64,000 nt of DNA from the NCBI RefSeq assembly GCF_006345805.1, contig NC_043013.1:38006001-38070000 (forward strand), read 5' to 3'. Under the pieces are notes generated by a model, which saw only the letters and a list, made by a program, of their open reading frames with translations, was not told the origin of the DNA and made no database searches. Every line of letters starts with the position of its first letter. Position 1 is the first letter of the stretch. Position numbers and translations under genes: made by a program. This DNA is from Octopus sinensis. Lineage: Eukaryota. Below are positions 25,931 to 39,690 of the stretch, one piece after another.

Positions 25931-26149
25931 GATGAAATAGATATAGACTTCGAAATGTTCATTTAACATCTCGTCGTTTTTACAGCAATAAAGTTTATCT
26001 TGAACTACATTGTTTAATGTATCCCTCGGTTTGGTAATCGTTAGGATGAAATATGTACGTGTTTGGTGGCTGTTTCTATCGGAAAGACAGACCATTTTAT
26101 TTTCTGTTCTGTAGCCCCTGTTGATGATCTAAAATGCTCTCTAATTTTA

Positions 26150-26330
26150 GGACAAGACCAGCAGTTTTGAAGAAAGTGGTTGGTCAATTACATCGACTCC
26201 AGTACTCAACTGGTACTTATTTTATCGACTCCGAAACGATGAAAGGCAAGCCGACCTCGGCAGCTTGAACTCAAAAGGTAAAGAGTCGGGAGGAATGTCG
26301 TTAAAGATTCTGCCAGTTCGCCATCTCAAA
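26150..26330 (-). mobile_element. SINE family B, diverged
   Basis: Same central domain as 25690-25930. Confidence 0.7.
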
Positions 26331-26871
26331 CAGACTTAGAATGAAAGGTACAGTAATCCTTCGCCATATCACGGCTCATCTGTCATGGATTATTATTTAA
26401 GCTTATGTCGATTACTTCGTTGTGTTGTTTTGCATTTATAATAAATACAAATTATAAAAATAATTTTAAAAATACAATACAGTACTGTTTCTACTTCGCG
26501 AACTTCCACCTATCACGGGGTGGGTCTTTAAAGCTTAACGCTTGCGATTGTCGAGGGTTATTGTATTCCATTACAAAACTACCTCGTACTTTTTACTATT
26601 GACGCACAGTAGATCTAAGATTACATAAACTTATATTTTCCTCACTTTTGAAGAGAGTAGAGAGATATTTAAACGAATTTTGGTTCCCATTTCTAGCAGC
26701 AAATACTACCATTTTGATGGTTTGATGTTCAATCTCAGCTTTATGCTGGGGTTAGGCTACAAATTCAAAATCAAATGTTGCGCGGTACTTTGGGCGAATA
26801 CCTTCAACTATAATCCGGGGAAGACCAAAGCGAATTTAGTAGACAAAAAAGTTGTGGACGCTCGTTGAGTA

Positions 26872-26926
<55 letters not shown>

Positions 26927-27489
26927 ATGTTTGTGATTGCCCCACTGTCGTTTGACAACCGGTATTGTTTTATTTTCGTTCCAGTAACTTGGCAGTTCGA
27001 CAAAAGAGTGTACTAGCCATTAAAAATCAAGTAATTGGGTTGATTTGTTCGACTGCATTATTCTATTCGGTACCCCATGAATAGCACCAGTTTAATGATT
27101 CAAAAAATATAACAATAAAAGGTAAATCAACACTTGTGTTTTTAGACCCCTTCCCTCAAAAGTGTTAGCATTATACCTAAATTTGAAGCACATATTACTT
27201 CTAAAGATGAAAGATGGCAGAAGGGATAGAGAATTACATTACGAATTGCAAGTATTGAGTTTCTTACCCTGATATCGTTACTGAGAAATGCACCACGATT
27301 GACTTTGTGACATTTACCTTAGCACTGTTGTTAAAACAAATACCAATCAAATATTGAGATCAATCAAATCCAGTTGCCCTTCAGTTAGGTATCTACCATC
27401 GTATCGATTTTAGAAATCATTAGTCATATATATATATATATATATATAATATATATATATATATATAATTTCGAGTTGCTGAAATGTGG

Positions 27490-27770
27490 AGTGAATCTCT
27501 TGCAGTTTGTAGGTGAAATGTTTCCTTCTCGAGCCATGCCAGGCTCATAAGGGCCGGTTTCCCGGTTTCAGTGGCGTATAAATTCCCCATTTGGACAGGA
27601 CGCCGATCAGTCACAGGATTACTCATTTTTGCCCACTGAGTGGACTGTAGCAACGCAAAATATAGTGTTTTGCTCAGGAACACAACACATCGCCCGGTTC
27701 AGGAATCGAAACCACAATCTTACGACTATGAATCCAGCACCCTAACCACTAAGCCGCGCACCTCCATAGT
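27490..27770 (-). mobile_element. SINE family A
   Basis: Homologous to 1719-1965. Confidence 0.8.
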
Positions 27771-29340
27771 ATGTAGTTAGGGATCATCAATTTTCCTCTG
27801 CAGATTCAATTTTTTCATCCCATAAAACTCAAGAGGATAAGTACCAATAAAGTATATGGGCTTGATTAAATGACTACACACCTTAGTCGAATATTGGGGC
27901 ATAATATTAAATATGATTAATCGGTATAATTTTCAGACACGGTTGTTTAAATTACGCACCATCCATACTTATCTCTGGTTTTTGAACTGTAAATCTAAGG
28001 AGGAAAATTAATTTTGGATTAGGACATCCAATTCGTTGTAGGACATTTGCCTCAGGCAGAATGGAAATTGAACCTGGAAGCTTATAATTCCATTGACAAT
28101 TTCGAAGTATTATAGTTGCTTACACCTAACATGGCATACTTAGAGGAAGACGGGTAGTGTTGTTAATATAATTACAGGGATTCCCTGATAAACGAGTAAA
28201 GAAGAAAGAAAGTAAAGATTTGGTTGGAAAGCTTACAGGATCATGGGCTGTGTGAAGGATCAAGTTTACCAACTAAAATCAGAGAAGAGCCCGTCCGAAC
28301 ATCTCCCTGCTCCGACTCTGTCAAAGCCAGTTTTATTTACAAAACTTCGGTCCCCCGCCCCATGTGTGTGGTAAGATACTCCTGCCTGAAATGACAAAAC
28401 CTCTCGATTTCCACCGAACTTGTTAACTTCATAGACATGCATTCCGCCATGATGTTAGCTGTAGTCTTGTTAATTGTATTTTCAATGTCTTAATATTTTT
28501 TGTTTTAGCTACAGGCATATTAAATCACGAGTGATGGCATGTAAAACACTTTTCTCAGTATCAAATTCCATTAAAGAATATGCCATTTCCTTACATCTTT
28601 CGAGAAATGGAGTTGTTTCGTCTTTATTTTTGGTGGAGTCAAACTGAACGAATACCAAGTTCATATGTGCCAAATACCTTAGAATAAACATAATCCTCAT
28701 TGTTCCGAGTTTGTGAGTATGTTTTGGTTCTTAGTTAGAAAGAATTCACTCCGATCACACCACTAATGATATTGAAAAAAACATAAATGCCAGACAGTCT
28801 CATTTCGTTCACCCCATCACATTCATGGCTTTGTACCTAACTTTGAAATTATTCTTGCATCAATGTACTCTTTATATTTTCATACTGTGGATTGTTTAAT
28901 GCGTCTAACATGGTTTTCTCCTTTCATTCTTACGCTTCTATTGTGCATTTTGCACCTTGTTGCCCTCTACTTTTGTATAAAATATGTATTATACGGTTAA
29001 AACAGTCTGCCAAACTTCCCTTTTAACTGAGTTACATTTCAAAACCTTATTAACGCTATTTAAAGAAGATCTATTTTGTAGTTTACCTTTTTCAAATGGT
29101 GACACCGCGCATGTATATGAATTTGTATATGCATGTATGTACTCAATTGTTTAATCATACAAACATACTTACATATACGTATGTATACACATACATATAT
29201 TATATATATATATATATATATACATGTACATATACTTACATGCATGCATATATACATACATACATATATACATATATACATACATACATTCATACATACA
29301 TACATACATATATATACATATATACATATATACATACATA

Positions 29341-29375
<35 letters not shown>

Positions 29376-31295
29376 ACTTGTATTTATTACTCGAATTTAT
29401 TATACTTAACAATGGTTAGAAAAAATAAATCCCTGATTCTTTGTATTATGATGTTATTTGTAAATTGTAAAGAGTACCAATTTCCTCTCAAACGTTTTTG
29501 TCCATGTTTACACGCGTGACCACTTTGAACAATGTTTCAAAAGTCGTTTTACGTATGCTCAAAGTTCTGAAAGAGCAATCAATTCATTGCTCCCACCCAG
29601 CCTTTTACATATAGGTAGGCTTTCTCTTGTATACACTGCACAAACATAATATCACTTCAACTTTTCCTCATTACCCCCATACTTTGTCTGGTTCCTTAAG
29701 AGTTTGTCATATTTTAGTATGTCAACGTAAATAATTGTGAAAAAATATCACGTTCTCTAGATTGTATAAAAATGAGTAAAATTTCTAATTTCTGACTGAA
29801 GTGCCGTCACGAATTTGGTTAGTTTTCACACACTAAGAGACAAAAAGAAAAATAAATGTAGAAAACTTCCGATTCTAACATGTGGAGAATCCATTAAATA
29901 ATTTTGTCCTTTGCTCATACGTATATTTTATAAAATTCTCACACCGGTTACGATTACTGTTGCTTATTCTTGTACATTAATGTGTATCATTATACTGATT
30001 TCTTTTCACCAATCTGCCAAATACAGAGAAAGTTAAAGCCCAAAGAGATTCGGATTTGCCAATGGAACCTGCTCATCTTATATTGCTACAACAGTATTCA
30101 TTGATATGGTTTTCTCCTCCTCGTCTCATTAAACTGTTAGCAACTAATTTTATTTCCAGGCAATACATTAAAATATGATGGCCACGAACGCGACTTTTTA
30201 CGCATTGTATTCAGTGAAATTATTATTCATGAAATGTTGAATAATTATTAATAGTTTTGAAGTTTCGTTGCCAGAATCTTACCATCCAAACAGCAATCAT
30301 ATATTTTTCTCTCTTAGTTTGTTGTTTATATTTTAAAATACCACATGTCCTCTCTCAATAAACATGACATATTTCTCTGTAAACCTTATTCAGCTCTATT
30401 TTACATTGTTTTATCCAGTGACATTAATGCATATTTGAATATAATATGCAGCTATACCATATGACGCCTTGTAAATACATGTGGAATACTCGAGAAAAAT
30501 GTCCCTTATTGTTTCCTTGTCTTATACAACCTTCTGTGTCTCTTGAAGTGAAAAATTACATCTAATATTTATGATCGTCTGCATTGTACAATATATTTCT
30601 GTATATTTCATCTCATACACAATCATACAAAGTAGAGTACCACTTTCATAAAGTCAATGAATAATAACTCCATTGTCTCCTTCAGTTTGAAATCTATGAA
30701 TTTTTTATTTGTCGCTGTTTCTTTTCCATCAAAATCTGCTTAAAATTTACAGGAGGAAACCAAACTTCATGTGCGACAGTTCAAGGCTTCCGAACATATT
30801 CTCTTCTCTATACACCATTACTAGCTTCATTGAAACACCCGCTTATTTTAACACCACTACCTACATCTCCTATATCACTACCGCTACTGCTACCTCACTC
30901 ATACTTTTGTGTTTATGCGACTGTATTCCTACCTATATCTGCGTAAGACCCTCAACCATTTGGCTTTCGAGTCCGTCATGTGTTTAGGGCAAAATGAAAT
31001 GCATTCTAATGGATTCCTTTTCTCTAATAAAGCATATTGACTCGTAATCCCAATAATCTAAATCTTTTATTTCAAATAACCTAGCCATATTCCGCGTAAC
31101 CGATAACTCCAGGACTTATTTGGAAATATGCATCGGGCTTCTGGACGGTTTCGTTTAGCAAATTCCACTCACAAGGTTTTGGTGAATCTGAGGCTTTAAC
31201 AGAAGACCAGGTGCCAGACAATGGAAAGTAAACCCTGGAACTAAGTGTTTGCGAATTACTTAACAGGTCAAGTAGGACCTCGCCTAACTAGTAGC

Positions 31296-31426
<131 letters not shown>

Positions 31427-31449
31427 TATGGTGTATGGTGGTGTTGGTT

Positions 31450-31690
31450 ATAAGGCAGCGAGCTGGCAGAAATGTTAGCGCGCCGGGCGAAATGCTTAGC
31501 AGTATTTCGTCTGCCGCTACGTTCTGAGTTCAAATTCCGCCGAGGTCGACTTTGCCTTTCATCCTTCCGGGGTCGATTAACTAAGTACCAGTTACGCATT
31601 GGGGTCGATATAATCGACTTAATCCGTTTGTCTGTCCTTGTTTGTCTTTTCTGTGTTTAGCCCCTTATGGGTAGTAAAGAAATAGGTGGT
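31450..31690 (+). mobile_element. SINE family B
   Basis: ggcagcgagctggcagaaatgttagc...catccttccggggtcgatt. Confidence 0.85.
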
Positions 31691-32066
31691 GGCTATGTTG
31701 GCGCTGGAAATGGATGTAACGACGAGCAACGTTGTAATGAAAAAAATTTTCTAATAGTAGCCGATGCTGTTCCTTTGTTAATATCCCTATCATCTCCATG
31801 AAATACAAGATAATTACAGCTGAAGCAGCAATAAAAAGACATCACGTTAATACTGTTAACGTCCCAAGCACATTGAACGTGATTGCTGGCCAAGTTTTTC
31901 TTAGATGATCTTACATGAGTAGAATGTGTGGCCTGTCGGTTACGCTAGATGGAAAGAAGAGTATAACAACAAACGGAGTGGGAGTGAGTGGAAACTGTAA
32001 TAAGACATCCATACATACATACATACATACATACATACATACAAATACATACACACACACACACAC

Positions 32067-32106
<40 letters not shown>

Positions 32107-32114
32107 ATATATAT

Positions 32115-32169
<55 letters not shown>

Positions 32170-32176
<7 letters not shown>

Positions 32177-32330
32177 ATCCAAACAAGAAAACACAAAAAA
32201 ACACAACAACGCGAGGACGTGGAACAAATATAGTATTATTGGACGCTCAGGAAAGAAGGAAAGAAGGAGGGTTTAACGTTTCGAGCGGAGCTCTTCGTCG
32301 GAAATATAGGAGAAGGAAAGATCCAGGCGA
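32170..32330 (-). mobile_element. Penelope-like terminal-repeat fragment (homologue of 50610-50780)
   Basis: The reverse complement matches 50610-50780. It carries a hammerhead motif and abuts (TA)n. Confidence 0.65.
32271..32305 (-). ncRNA. Minimal type I hammerhead ribozyme motif (family 2)
   Basis: UUU|CCGACGA|A-GAGC-ucc-GCUC|GAAA|CG|UU|AAAC on the minus strand. Confidence 0.6.
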
Positions 32331-32334
32331 TTCT

Positions 32335-32790
32335 TTCTGTTTCCGTCTACCAAATCCACTCACAAGGCTTTGGTCGGCAAGAGGTTATAGTAGAAGACAC
32401 TTGCCCAAGGTGCAACGCAGTGGGACTGAACCCGGAACCATGTGGTTGGTAAGCAAGCTACTTACCACTGGTTTCAAACATTGGGATCAGGCCAATAATT
32501 TCGCGAGGACGGTTAAGCTGATTACATCCACCCTAGTGCTCAACTGGCACCTATTTGATCGAGCTTGAGGGCATGAAAGGTAAAGTCGACCTCGGCAGAA
32601 TTTGAACTCAGAATGTAGAGACAGACGCAATGCCGCTAAACATTTTGCCCGTCGCCAAAGTTAACAATGATTTCGAATTTTGACAGAAGGACAGAAATTT
32701 CAGGAAACGCTTAAGGCGATTACATTGACCCCAGTGGATGAAAGGATAAAAAGCAAAGCCGACCTCGTTAAATGGCTGAATCGGTTTGAA
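32335..32790 (-). mobile_element. Cluster of SINE C head and SINE B fragments
   Basis: caaatccactcacaaggctttggtcggc...gcaagctacttacc, followed by two gtcgacctcg domains. Confidence 0.75.
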
Positions 32791-32830
32791 CGTTGGATAG
32801 AATGACATGCAATATTTGTAATGTACAGCT

Positions 32831-32876
32831 AAGATTAAATGCCATGAGAGCCACTGCCTGGTACTGCATCAGGGCA
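32831..32876 (-). mobile_element. Element X terminal fragment
   Basis: gccatgagagccactgcctggtactgcatcagggca then (ATT)n, identical to the end of 59244-59798. Confidence 0.8.
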
Positions 32877-32913
<37 letters not shown>

Positions 32914-32992
32914 GTTATTATTATTATTATTATTGTTGTTGTTGATGTTGTTATTATTATTATTATTGTTATTATTATTGTTGTTGTTGTTG

Positions 32993-33024
<32 letters not shown>

Positions 33025-33084
33025 GTTGTTGTTGTTGTTATATTATCATTATTATTATTGTTGTTGTTGTTATTACTATTAATA

Positions 33085-33345
33085 TCACGGGTCTACTCTA
33101 AGCCTGTGCCATAAGCGATAAGAATAGGGCATTTGTGCTAGTGATCAAGGCCTTCATAATTTTGTGGGGGTTTCCACTAGTAGCCCAAGTGAGCCTCACT
33201 CTCTGGGAGAATTTTTCATTAAAATTTAATTTTACAGTTTTCACGGTTTACACGCTCCATTTTATGCAACACTCACATTGTATTGTCTTGTATCGTCCCG
33301 AACGTGTTTTATGTGAACCCTTAATGGTTAATAAAGAAAACATCA
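33085..33345 (+). mobile_element. Probable Tx1-like 3' UTR remnant ending in (CAT)n
   Basis: Ends gtgaacccttaatggttaataaagaaaa, compared with gtgcagccctgtgtggctaataaagaaa at the 3' end of the 3124-5682 element. Confidence 0.5.
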
Positions 33346-33347
33346 CT

Positions 33348-33397
<50 letters not shown>

Positions 33398-33399
33398 TA

Positions 33400-33600
33400 T
33401 TAGCTGGCAGAAACGTTAGCACGCCGGGTAAAATGCTTAGCAGCATTTCGTCTGTCTATCTGAGTTGAAATTACGCCGAAGTCGACTTTATATTTCATCA
33501 GTTCGGGTTCGATAAATAAGTACCAGTTGAGTATTGGGGTCAATGTGATCGAATGTTCCCTTCCCCACGAAACCCCGGCCTTGTGCCTATCGCAGAAAGG
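33400..33600 (+). mobile_element. SINE family B
   Basis: agctggcagaaacgttagcacgccggg...gggttcgataaataagtacc. Confidence 0.8.
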
Positions 33601-33689
<89 letters not shown>

Positions 33690-33691
33690 TA

Positions 33692-35296
33692 TTCAGTAGT
33701 TTTATTTTTATAGCGTGCTTTCACTTCACTACCGAGCACAGCTCTGTGTGCCTTGGGTATGTGCTGTGATTTGTTGTGATGCTCTGATGGTTATTGTATG
33801 GAAAGTGTTCTGCGTAGGATGTGTGCAGTGCCTAGTAGTGCAATTTTCTGTATGTTATATGTGTTGATACATCAATTAGAAAGCATTTTTTTCTTCATGA
33901 TCTCTGACAACTATATCTGGTCTGTTGGCCTTAATTTCTCTATCTGTGTGTATCGGCATATCCCAGAGTATGGTTGCTTTCTCGTTTTCTGTGACCTTTT
34001 CTGGTGTGTGCCTATACCATCTTTTTTCTGTTGTTATTCCATAATGTTGGCATAGCTTCCAATGTATGTAGGTTCCAACTCTGTCATGTCTGTGAATATA
34101 TTCCTTCTTAGCCAAGACTGGGCAGCTAGAGATAATATGATTTATTGTTTCTTGTCCATCTCCACATATTCTGCAGTTACTTGTAATATTTCTTTTCATT
34201 ACATGTTTTGGTAATTTCTGGTGGGGAGGCTTTGGTCTTGTGCTGCAATTAAAAATCCCTCTGTTTCTGCTTTGAGTCCTGAGCTTCTCAACCATTGCTG
34301 GGATTTTTATTTGTCTATTTCTTTTGTGTTTAGTTTAGTCCAGTATTTACCATGAAGGGGCTTTTCTTGCCATCGTTTTATCATGGTTCGTTGCTGTTCT
34401 ATTTTTAGTTTGGATTTCATTTGTTTTATAGCTTTTGTTGTTTCTTCATCTTCTTCTTCTTCTTCGTGTTTATTAGGTGGTATGATTTCTTGTTTGTATT
34501 TGTCAGCTTCCTTAAATACTGAGAACAGTTTTTTGTTTTGCTCGTGTTTTGCCGCTATCTGGATCAGTTTTCCTTCCTTCTGAAGTAGATATTTTTGCAT
34601 TCCTATGGTGGTTATTTTATAGTAGTTTTCCAGCTGTATAAGGCCTCTACCACCTTCTATACGTTGTATATATAGTCTTTCTATGTCAGATTTTGGGTGA
34701 TGCATCCTAGATCCTGTCATTATTTTTCTTGTTTTCCTATCTATTTTGGTCAGTTCATTTCGTGCCCAGTTAAGGATATTGTAGCTGTAACTTATAACTG
34801 GGACAGCTAAAGTGTTGATACCTATTATCTTGTTTTTAGCATTGAGCTCTGTGTTTACTATTGATCTAACTCGTCTATAATATTCTTTTTTTATTTTCTC
34901 TTTCATTTGTGTGTGTTGTGTCTTATCTAGTTCATGGATTCCTAAGTATTTGTAAGTTTGGATTTGGTCTAATTCTTTTATTTCATTGGTTTTATCTAGT
35001 GTGATGTTGTTACTCTTAACTAGTTTTCCTCTTTTCATGGTTACTTGGCGCATTTTTCTAATCCAAATTTCATATCTATTTCTTTGGTAAATCCATGAAC
35101 CGTCTTTAATAGTGTTTCCAGCTGTTTGTCATTTGCAGCGTATAGTTTTAGGTCATCCATATATAAAAGGTGGCTGATCGTTTTGCCGTAACATTTATAT
35201 CCGCATCCAGTTCTATTTAGCATATCAGATAGAGGTGACAGTGCCAAGCAGAAAAGGAGTGGAGAGAGCGTGTCTCCCTGTAATATTCCTCTTCTA

Positions 35297-35297
<1 letters not shown>
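33692..35297 (-). mobile_element. 5'-truncated R4/Dong family B copy with internal deletion, (ATT)n on both sides
   Basis: Nearly identical to ~19307-21130, with a 248-aa open frame at 34307-35053. Confidence 0.93.
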
Positions 35298-35370
<73 letters not shown>

Positions 35371-35371
<1 letters not shown>

Positions 35372-35759
35372 CGTTTGACTTTTGCTTTATGTTTGTACAA
35401 GTTGGCTCCAAGTCTCACCCAGAGACCTCAAGAGACTACAGGTTGGAAGTTCACGTTGTTGTTATGCCTAGTGTGCCATATATTTGATTTTTTTGGTGTT
35501 GTACTAGTGAATGTCTAATACATAAAAAAATAAGAAAAGTTTGTTTTAAACCTTGGGATTACATAGAGAGTATTTTGCGTAGGATATGAGCAGTTCCCAA
35601 GAGCACTATCTTTTGAATTTCTGCCATTTTGGGGTTTCCTGGTATCTGAGTTAGGTAGCAATCAGTCTCTTTCGCTATCATTCCCAGGGCACCTATGACA
35701 TCAGGTATTGTTTTAGTCTTCAGCTTCCACATTTTGCTGATTTCTATTTCAAGATCTTA
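35371..35759 (-). mobile_element. R4/Dong family A 3' end
   Basis: Homologous to 9717-10130, with (ATT)n on both sides. Confidence 0.9.
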
Positions 35760-35764
35760 TATTA

Positions 35765-35813
<49 letters not shown>

Positions 35814-35818
35814 CATTT

Positions 35819-36139
35819 TATGTTTGACTTTTGCTTTACATTTTGCTCCAAGTCTCACCCAGAGACCTCAAGAGAAAGAAGTTAGAAGCTCATGTTGGTG
35901 TTATGCCTAGGGTGTCATATATTTAGTTTCGCACATAGTATTGTTCTAGAGAATGTTTAAAAAAAGAACATTAGAAAATTATGAGTTTGTTTTAAAATTT
36001 GAGATTACATAGACAGTATTTTACATTGGATATGGGCAGTTACCATGAGCACTATCATTTGAATTTCTGCCATTTTGAACTTTCTTGGTATCTGGGCATG
36101 GTAGCAATTAGCCCCTTTTGCTATCATTGCTAGGGCACA
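35819..36139 (-). mobile_element. R4/Dong family A-like 3' end, more diverged
   Basis: Homologous to 9717-10050, with (ATT)n on both sides. Confidence 0.85.
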
Positions 36140-36160
36140 TTATTATTATTATTATTATTA

Positions 36161-36191
<31 letters not shown>

Positions 36192-36732
36192 GAGAGAGAG
36201 AGCAGTTCATGCCATCAAAGTGACACTGGGGTAAAATATACGAAGCCCAGTATACCTTTCATGACTACCCGTCTGATAAGGGTACACCAGGCACATGCAT
36301 CACAAACATATGTGCGCGACACGGTGATCTCATATCAAGATTAACAGCACATGACCTTGCAGGTGGGGCCCAGTTAGAATTTTCTTCTGGTCGAGTAGCC
36401 CATCCCACTCAAAAGGTCCCTGAATAAAGATTATTAAAGGGTGTTGAGGGAACGACCCATGTTTCCAAAAGTGAATTATCCAAACCTACAAGAATTCCTT
36501 TCAACACAAGGCTATGATGCTCCCACACTACTTCTGCTCGTGGTCAGAGATGTACATATCGTCAGCCACTAAGGGACATGCTCAACTGGTTAAGGTCAAA
36601 CAACTGACAAGCAAATCTGTGGTATTGAGCAGAATATTTGCTGTAGCCCATCTTTTATACCAAAACAAAACAAAGTACACGATAACACTTCCAATCAGTT
36701 AAGATCAGAAGCCACCTGAGCCACTGCCTAGT
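36192..36732 (-). mobile_element. Element X, near-complete copy
   Basis: Homologous to 59244-59798. Confidence 0.88.
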
Positions 36733-36757
36733 AAAAAATAAACTGAAACAAGGTCAA

Positions 36758-37165
36758 GGCGTAGGAGTGGCTGTGTGGTAAGTAGCTTGTTTAACAACCA
36801 CAGGGTTCCGGGTCCAGTCCCACTGTGTGGTAACTTGGGCAAGTGTCTTCTACTATAGTCTCGGGCCGACCAAATCCTTGTGAGTGGATTTTATTGACGG
36901 AAACTGCAAGAAGCCTGTCGTATATATGTACGTCTGTGTATATGTATGTGTGTCTGTGTTTGTCTCCCCCCACCCCAACATCGCTTGACAACCGATGCTG
37001 GTGTGTTTACGCCCCCGTAACTTAGCGGTTCGGCAAAAGAGACCGATAGAGTAAGTACTAGGCTTACAAAGAATAAAGTCCTGGGGTCGAATTGCTCGAC
37101 TAAAGCCGGTGCTCCAGCATGGCTACAGCCAAGTGACTGAAACAAGTAAAAGAGTAAAAAGAGTA
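36758..37165 (+). mobile_element. tRNA-derived SINE family C
   Basis: ggcgtaggagtggctgtgtggtaagtagcttg head, internal GT/AT repeat, tail gctccagcatggctacag...aagtaaaagag. Confidence 0.85.
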
Positions 37166-37743
37166 GTTATTAATGTCATTGAAGTTGCTACTACCACCCT
37201 ACTACTACCGCTACTACTGCAGCTACTGGTGCCGCTGCTGCTACTACTACTACTACTACCACCACCACCATTGCTATTGGTGTTTTTGTTTGTTACTGCC
37301 GTCAGCGTCGTTATTATTTTTGTCTCTTCATCTGCTGCTATTGTTTTGCCTTTGTTTTGCGTTGCCTGTCGTGCTGTTCGTTCGTCTGCACCAGTTTGGA
37401 GGAATCCATTATGCGCAGCTTGGACGTGTCGTTGGCTTTGACCTTTTAACAACATCATTGGACTAAATTAGCATTTTGATACTGGAACAAAGTGAGCAAC
37501 AAAGAAAGAATAAACTGAAACAAGGTCAAGTGGATGAGAGGAGAGGTGTGGTGGGTGGTGCGGTGGTGTGAAGTGAAAACTGGAAATGGCGGAGGAAGTG
37601 AAGAGCTTGGAAGAGATGTGGAAGAGGAGGAGAGAGAGGAGATAGATTGTGAGAGGAGAGAGATTTATATGTGTGTGTGAGAGGAGAGAGATTGTGAGAG
37701 GAGATATATATATATGTGAGTGAGAGGAGAGAGAGAGAGAGGC

Positions 37744-37775
<32 letters not shown>

Positions 37776-38039
37776 CCAGACGAAGAGTGAGAGTGAGACA
37801 AAGAAAGAAAAAGAAAGAAAGAAAGAATGAAAGAAAGAAAGCAAAAAGTGAAAACGAAAGAAAGAAAGAAGGAAGGCAAGAAAGAGTGAGAAAGAGTTGA
37901 GGGTGGAATGTAAGGGAAGAGGGGAACCTATATGAGGGACCATTCAAAATAGTAAATAGGACCAAAAACAAAACAAAACAAGGCACATCAAAGCAAAACA
38001 ACGAAAACTAACAAATAAGAGACGATAAACGACAGCGGT

Positions 38040-38210
38040 GTTGCTGCTGATGATGATGACGACGTCGATGATGATCATGATGATGACGACGAAGATAATG
38101 AGGTAGACGAGGAGTAGGACGCTGATGATAATGATGATGATGATGAGGAGGTAGGGGAAGATGAGGAGAGGATGGTAATGATGATGATGATGATGAGGAT
38201 GAGGATGGTA

Positions 38211-38250
<40 letters not shown>

Positions 38251-38600
38251 CGACGACGATTATGATGATGACGATGCAGATAATGAGGAGGACGAGGATG
38301 AGGACGGTGATGATAATGATGATGAGGAGGAGAGGATGGTAATGATGACGATGACGATGATGACGACGACGACGACGACGACGATGATGATGTTGATGAT
38401 GATGATGATGATGATGATGATAATGATGATGATTAAGACGACGACAACAACAACTGACAACGATATCAACGAGGACGACCATCGACTACTATTACAACGA
38501 CCATGATTGATCATGAGGCAATGATGTTGATGATGACGATGTTGATCCTCAACATCAACGTCGTCGTCGTTATCGGTCGTGTGATGTATATGATGACGTA
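38040..38600. repeat. Degenerate (GAT/GAC/GAG)n trinucleotide tract
   Basis: Visible directly. Confidence 0.9.
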
Positions 38601-39030
38601 GCTAAGGATTATAGTGAGCGTTGATGGTGGGGCAGGATGATGGTTGGTTAAAGACGTAGAATGCGTTAAGTATTATCATCATTTAGTATCATTATGCTCA
38701 TCGTTGTCGTCCATTGTCGTGAGCGTCATCAATATCTTCATCTAAATATTGTCCCGTTAGTCACGAAATGTTATTGCTCTACATCCACAAGACCGTCAAC
38801 AACACATCATTGGTCGCCATATTCATTATTGCCTAAAAAAACTGTATAAAAGCTAACGGCATGGCCGAGATCTGATCCTTTATTTTACCCCTTTTTTGTG
38901 TAAAACAAAAAATTGCTTTCTTTTTAAAACTCGTCTTGGATTTGAGGGATTTCTCAAAAATTTCGCGTAAGTAATTAATAATTAAAATTTAATCAAAGCA
39001 CACACATGAAATTTAAATAAAACCATTATA

Positions 39031-39079
<49 letters not shown>

Positions 39080-39129
39080 TATATATATAGTAAATTAGAA
39101 TGTTGAAAAAATATACACCTACACACACA

Positions 39130-39165
<36 letters not shown>

Positions 39166-39309
39166 CTTACTTGGAGGCATGTTGCTCCAGTTCACTCAGC
39201 TGTAGAAATAGATTGCAATGTCACTGGTGCCAAGCGGTATCAGTGTTTGCCTTTCCTTTGGACAATATCGGTGGTGTGGAGAGTGGAGGGTGGATGTATA
39301 TATATATAA

Positions 39310-39404
39310 TGTGGGCAAGTGTCTTCTACTATAGCTTCGGGCAGACCAAATCCTTGTGAGTGGATTTGGCAGACGGAAACTGAAAGAAGCCCGTCATCTA
39401 TATG

Positions 39405-39446
<42 letters not shown>

Positions 39447-39690
39447 AGTGTGTGTGTGCGTGCGCGTATATGTTTGTATGTCTGTGTTTGTACCCCCAAC
39501 ATAGCTTGACAACCGATGCTGGTGCGTTTACGTCCCCGTAACTTAGCGGTTCGGCAAAAGAGACCGATAGGCTAAGTGCTAGGCTTACAAAAAATAAATC
39601 CAGGGGTCGATTTGCTCGACTAAAGGCGGTGCTCCAGCATGGCCACAGTAAAATGACTGTAACAAGTAAAAAAGTAAAAGAGTAAAAGGG
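39310..39690 (+). mobile_element. SINE family C lacking most of its head
   Basis: Homologous to 36836-37165. Confidence 0.82.

Noticed and set aside
28514-28711. Plus-strand exon with good acceptor and GTGAGT donor
   Set aside because: All three frames contain stops and the peptide is unrecognisable.
30773-30942. Plus-strand exon candidate (tttacag...gtaag)
   Set aside because: Two frames are open, but half the sequence is degenerate CTA/ACC repeat and there is no recognisable motif.
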